A DNA stretch of 41,408 nucleotides from Spirochaetales bacterium (GTDB lineage: Bacteria > Spirochaetota > GWE2-31-10), in contig JAFLVQ010000003.1 in assembly GCA_022508205.1 (NCBI GenBank), positions 1 to 41,408 of the forward strand. The letters run 5' to 3'. Positions within the stretch are counted from its first letter, which is position 1. The number at the start of each line of letters is the position of its first letter. The notes beneath the pieces are model-generated. The model saw nothing but the letters and a program-made list of their open reading frames with translations. It was not told where the DNA came from and made no database searches. Position numbers and translations under genes: made by a program. Positions 39,328-41,408 of the stretch are shown here, piece by piece.

Positions 39328-39358
39328 TTGACATAATTTCGATTACAGTGTATACACT
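39328..39358 (+). promoter_or_regulatory. Candidate promoter of the tRNA pair
   Basis: A-rich UP region and TTGACA. The -10 is ambiguous within TATACACT (TATACA at 17 bp or TACACT at 19 bp). Confidence 0.55.
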
Positions 39359-39369
39359 AAACATCGTTT

Positions 39370-39442
39370 GCCGGCTTAGCTCAATTGGTAGAGCAGCTGA
39401 CTTGTAATCAGCAGGTTGAGGGTTCAATTCCTTTAGCCGGCT
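39370..39442 (+). tRNA. tRNA-Thr(TGT)
   Basis: Acceptor stem GCCGGCT/AGCCGGC, D-arm, anticodon loop CT-TGT-AA, GGTTCAATTCC. CCA not encoded. Confidence 0.96.
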
Positions 39443-39455
39443 ATATTTTAAAAAA

Positions 39456-39536
<81 letters not shown>

Positions 39537-39537
<1 letters not shown>

Positions 39538-39563
39538 AGAGTCTTGTAAAGACTCTTTTTTTT
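39537..39563 (+). terminator. Terminator after the tRNA pair
   Basis: AAGAGTCTT-GTA-AAGACTCTT followed by a T-run. Confidence 0.8.
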
Positions 39564-39591
39564 TATTCTTTTCAAACTTGCGAGGCGGTAA

Positions 39592-40050
39592 ATGGTCCTT
39601 TCTGAAGCTCGGTTGGTGGAAAAATTATCAAAAAGAAAATTTACTTGTAAAAGATGTTCACGCTGCTGCCGTATTGATCCCGGAATGGTTATGCTGACAG
39701 CGGAAGATGCGGATAATGCAGCCTCACTGCTTGGTATTCCGCGAGATGTGTTTGTTGAAAAATATTGCCGCGAAATTTACAAAGACTCTAATACGTATGT
39801 AGGGCTGAAAGAAAAGCAAAACTATGACTGCATTTTTTGGGAAAAAGAAGGCTGTTCGATTTATAAAGCTCGTCCGCTGCAGTGCAGAACTTTTCCATTC
39901 TGGCCGTATCTTGTGGAAGAGGATGCGCAGTGGATTATTGAAAAAAATCGTTGTCCGGGATTGGACTCGGCTGTCGACAGCTTAAGTTTGAGTGATAAAC
40001 TTGCGTTTTATCGACAAGAAAAATGCGCAAAATATCTCGAATGGAAGTAA
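39592..40050 (+). CDS. YkgJ-family (CxxCxxCC) cysteine-cluster protein
   Basis: FTCKRCSRCC, CIF, CSIYKARPLQCRTFPFW, CPG. Confidence 0.9.
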   Translation: MVLSEARLVEKLSKRKFTCKRCSRCCRIDPGMVMLTAEDADNAASLLGIPRDVFVEKYCREIYKDSNTYVGLKEKQNYDCIFWEKEGCSIYKARPLQCRTFPFWPYLVEEDAQWIIEKNRCPGLDSAVDSLSLSDKLAFYRQEKCAKYLEWK

Positions 40051-40093
40051 TTTATTAGATTTATTTTTTAATTCCGTATACTATTTAAAGAAC

Positions 40094-41408
40094 ATGATAA
40101 AAAATAATTTCATGACTTCCCAATTTTTTATTTACTTTTCGTCGCTGTTCTTGTTAATCGGATGTACAATTAATAATGCATGCTTTGATGAACGCGAATT
40201 TAAATCTGAATATATAAAAAATACGGATTGGACCATAATGCATTACTGCGCGGGAGATTCAAACGGACTTGCTTCGTATTTGTGCAATGATATAGAAGAA
40301 ATTATAAATGGATACAAAGGCAATTGTAATGTTTTGGTATTTATTGATGTCGGTGAATCAAATGAATATGTAATTAACGGGGAACTTTTTTCCGGGACAT
40401 GCATATTCCGTGTGGAAAAAAATAAATTGACACGCATTGATTTGCATGATGTCTGCGAAGATTTCGGAACCGCAGTCGATTCTGCCGATACTGCTGTTTT
40501 GCGGGCGTTTATTTCCTATTGCAAGAAAAATTATCCGGCAAAGTATTACGGAATGTTTTTCGGCGGTCACGGAGGCGGAGTCAGCTCGACTGTCTACTCT
40601 AATACGATTTTTAAAAATATTTTATTTGATGGTGATACAAAGCGATGGATCTGCGCTGTGGATTTGACGAATAACCTTGATGAGAGTTGCTCTGTCGATT
40701 TTCTCGGAATAGATCTTTGCTATATGGGAAATACTGAATTTTTATACCAAATCAGAAAAGGAAACGGAGGATTTTCAGCTGATTATGTAACTGCTTCCGC
40801 GCCCGAAGTTTGGGGAGAGGGATTGAACTACAGCTGTATTTATGGAAGTTTTACAAACGGAATTATGCCAAAGGAATTGGCTTGTCTCGTAGTAACATGT
40901 CAGAATGTATATACGTATATGCAAAGCAGTTCTAAACCCCAAGCTCGTAGGCAGTCACTTGCCGCTTATGATTTGTCCAAAATTGATAATTTAAAGCAAA
41001 GATTCGATGCATTTTGCAATGTAATGACTGATAAAAAAGCAATTGCCGAATGTATTCGCGGGAAATTGGGAGAAAAAAGTCAAAATGATATAACCCATTA
41101 TTTTTCATCAAACCGCATTAACGACTGGAAATGTTATCCTTATTTTGATTTGTACGATTTTGTCCGTCAGCTTGGAGAAACAGATGAGTCGCTGAAAAAA
41201 TCGGCAGAAGAAGTCTGCGAAGCAATAGATGAACTGATTTTGGATTCGTTTGGGCGAAGTTTTTATTCCAGATTCGATCCGGGCAAAATGGGACTTTCGA
41301 TTTTTTATCCGGATTTTTCGATTTCCGGCTGGGATTACATGATGTGGAATCAAATTTCATCATCGGGAAATGAATGTTACGGCAAATTATCATGGTGTAC
41401 TGATAATG
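40094..41408 (+). CDS. Clostripain-family (C11) cysteine peptidase lipoprotein, 3'-truncated by window edge (absent from the ORF track)
   Basis: Hand translation is open for 438 codons: lipobox LLIGC, WTIMHYCAGD, YPAKYY, catalytic GHGGG and DLCYM, ASAPEVWG, YFDLYDF, YGKLSWC. Confidence 0.88.
   Translation, partial: MIKNNFMTSQFFIYFSSLFLLIGCTINNACFDEREFKSEYIKNTDWTIMHYCAGDSNGLASYLCNDIEEIINGYKGNCNVLVFIDVGESNEYVINGELFSGTCIFRVEKNKLTRIDLHDVCEDFGTAVDSADTAVLRAFISYCKKNYPAKYYGMFFGGHGGGVSSTVYSNTIFKNILFDGDTKRWICAVDLTNNLDESCSVDFLGIDLCYMGNTEFLYQIRKGNGGFSADYVTASAPEVWGEGLNYSCIYGSFTNGIMPKELACLVVTCQNVYTYMQSSSKPQARRQSLAAYDLSKIDNLKQRFDAFCNVMTDKKAIAECIRGKLGEKSQNDITHYFSSNRINDWKCYPYFDLYDFVRQLGETDESLKKSAEEVCEAIDELILDSFGRSFYSRFDPGKMGLSIFYPDFSISGWDYMMWNQISSSGNECYGKLSWCTDN

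Noticed and set aside
40437-40667. 76-aa ORF and nearby minus-strand ORFs near the window end
   Set aside because: They are shadows of the clostripain-family frame starting at 40094.

Overview
A 41.4-kb, gene-dense bacterial chromosomal segment. The gene set and lipoprotein style suggest an anaerobic spirochaete, but that is inference only. Order: hflK (partial)-hflC-NYN/LOTUS nuclease; a single 958-aa ORF joining a complete GatA amidase to a complete short (archaeal-type, probably non-discriminating) AspRS; tyrS; D-lactate dehydrogenase; a polar amino-acid ABC transporter; a DxDxDG-repeat exported protein, HtrA-like protease, CPBP protease and TrmB-family regulator; mcsA-mcsB(degenerate)-clpC-TPR; a minus-strand aminotransferase/YgiQ radical SAM/adenosine-kinase-family operon; an accessory block (small lipoprotein, AdhR/NmlR-type MerR regulator, YczE-like protein, a MerR-promoter-led cluster of signal-peptide-bearing redox/detox proteins, a frameshifted vat-type acetyltransferase, a truncated EFR1-like gene); tmk, glgX, a parvulin-like protein, tRNA-Thr/tRNA-Tyr, a YkgJ protein and a clostripain-family lipoprotein that runs off the window end. 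The best candidate for a novel system is the GatA::AspRS fusion, which would be a covalently tethered asparagine transamidosome. Secondary signals are the exported AdhR-controlled redox cluster (two genes have possible dual starts), a probable McsB pseudokinase, five dispersed copies of a REP-like palindrome, and a T16 tract in the candidate promoter of a REP-flanked lipoprotein. All calls come from motif recognition by eye. No database searches were run.
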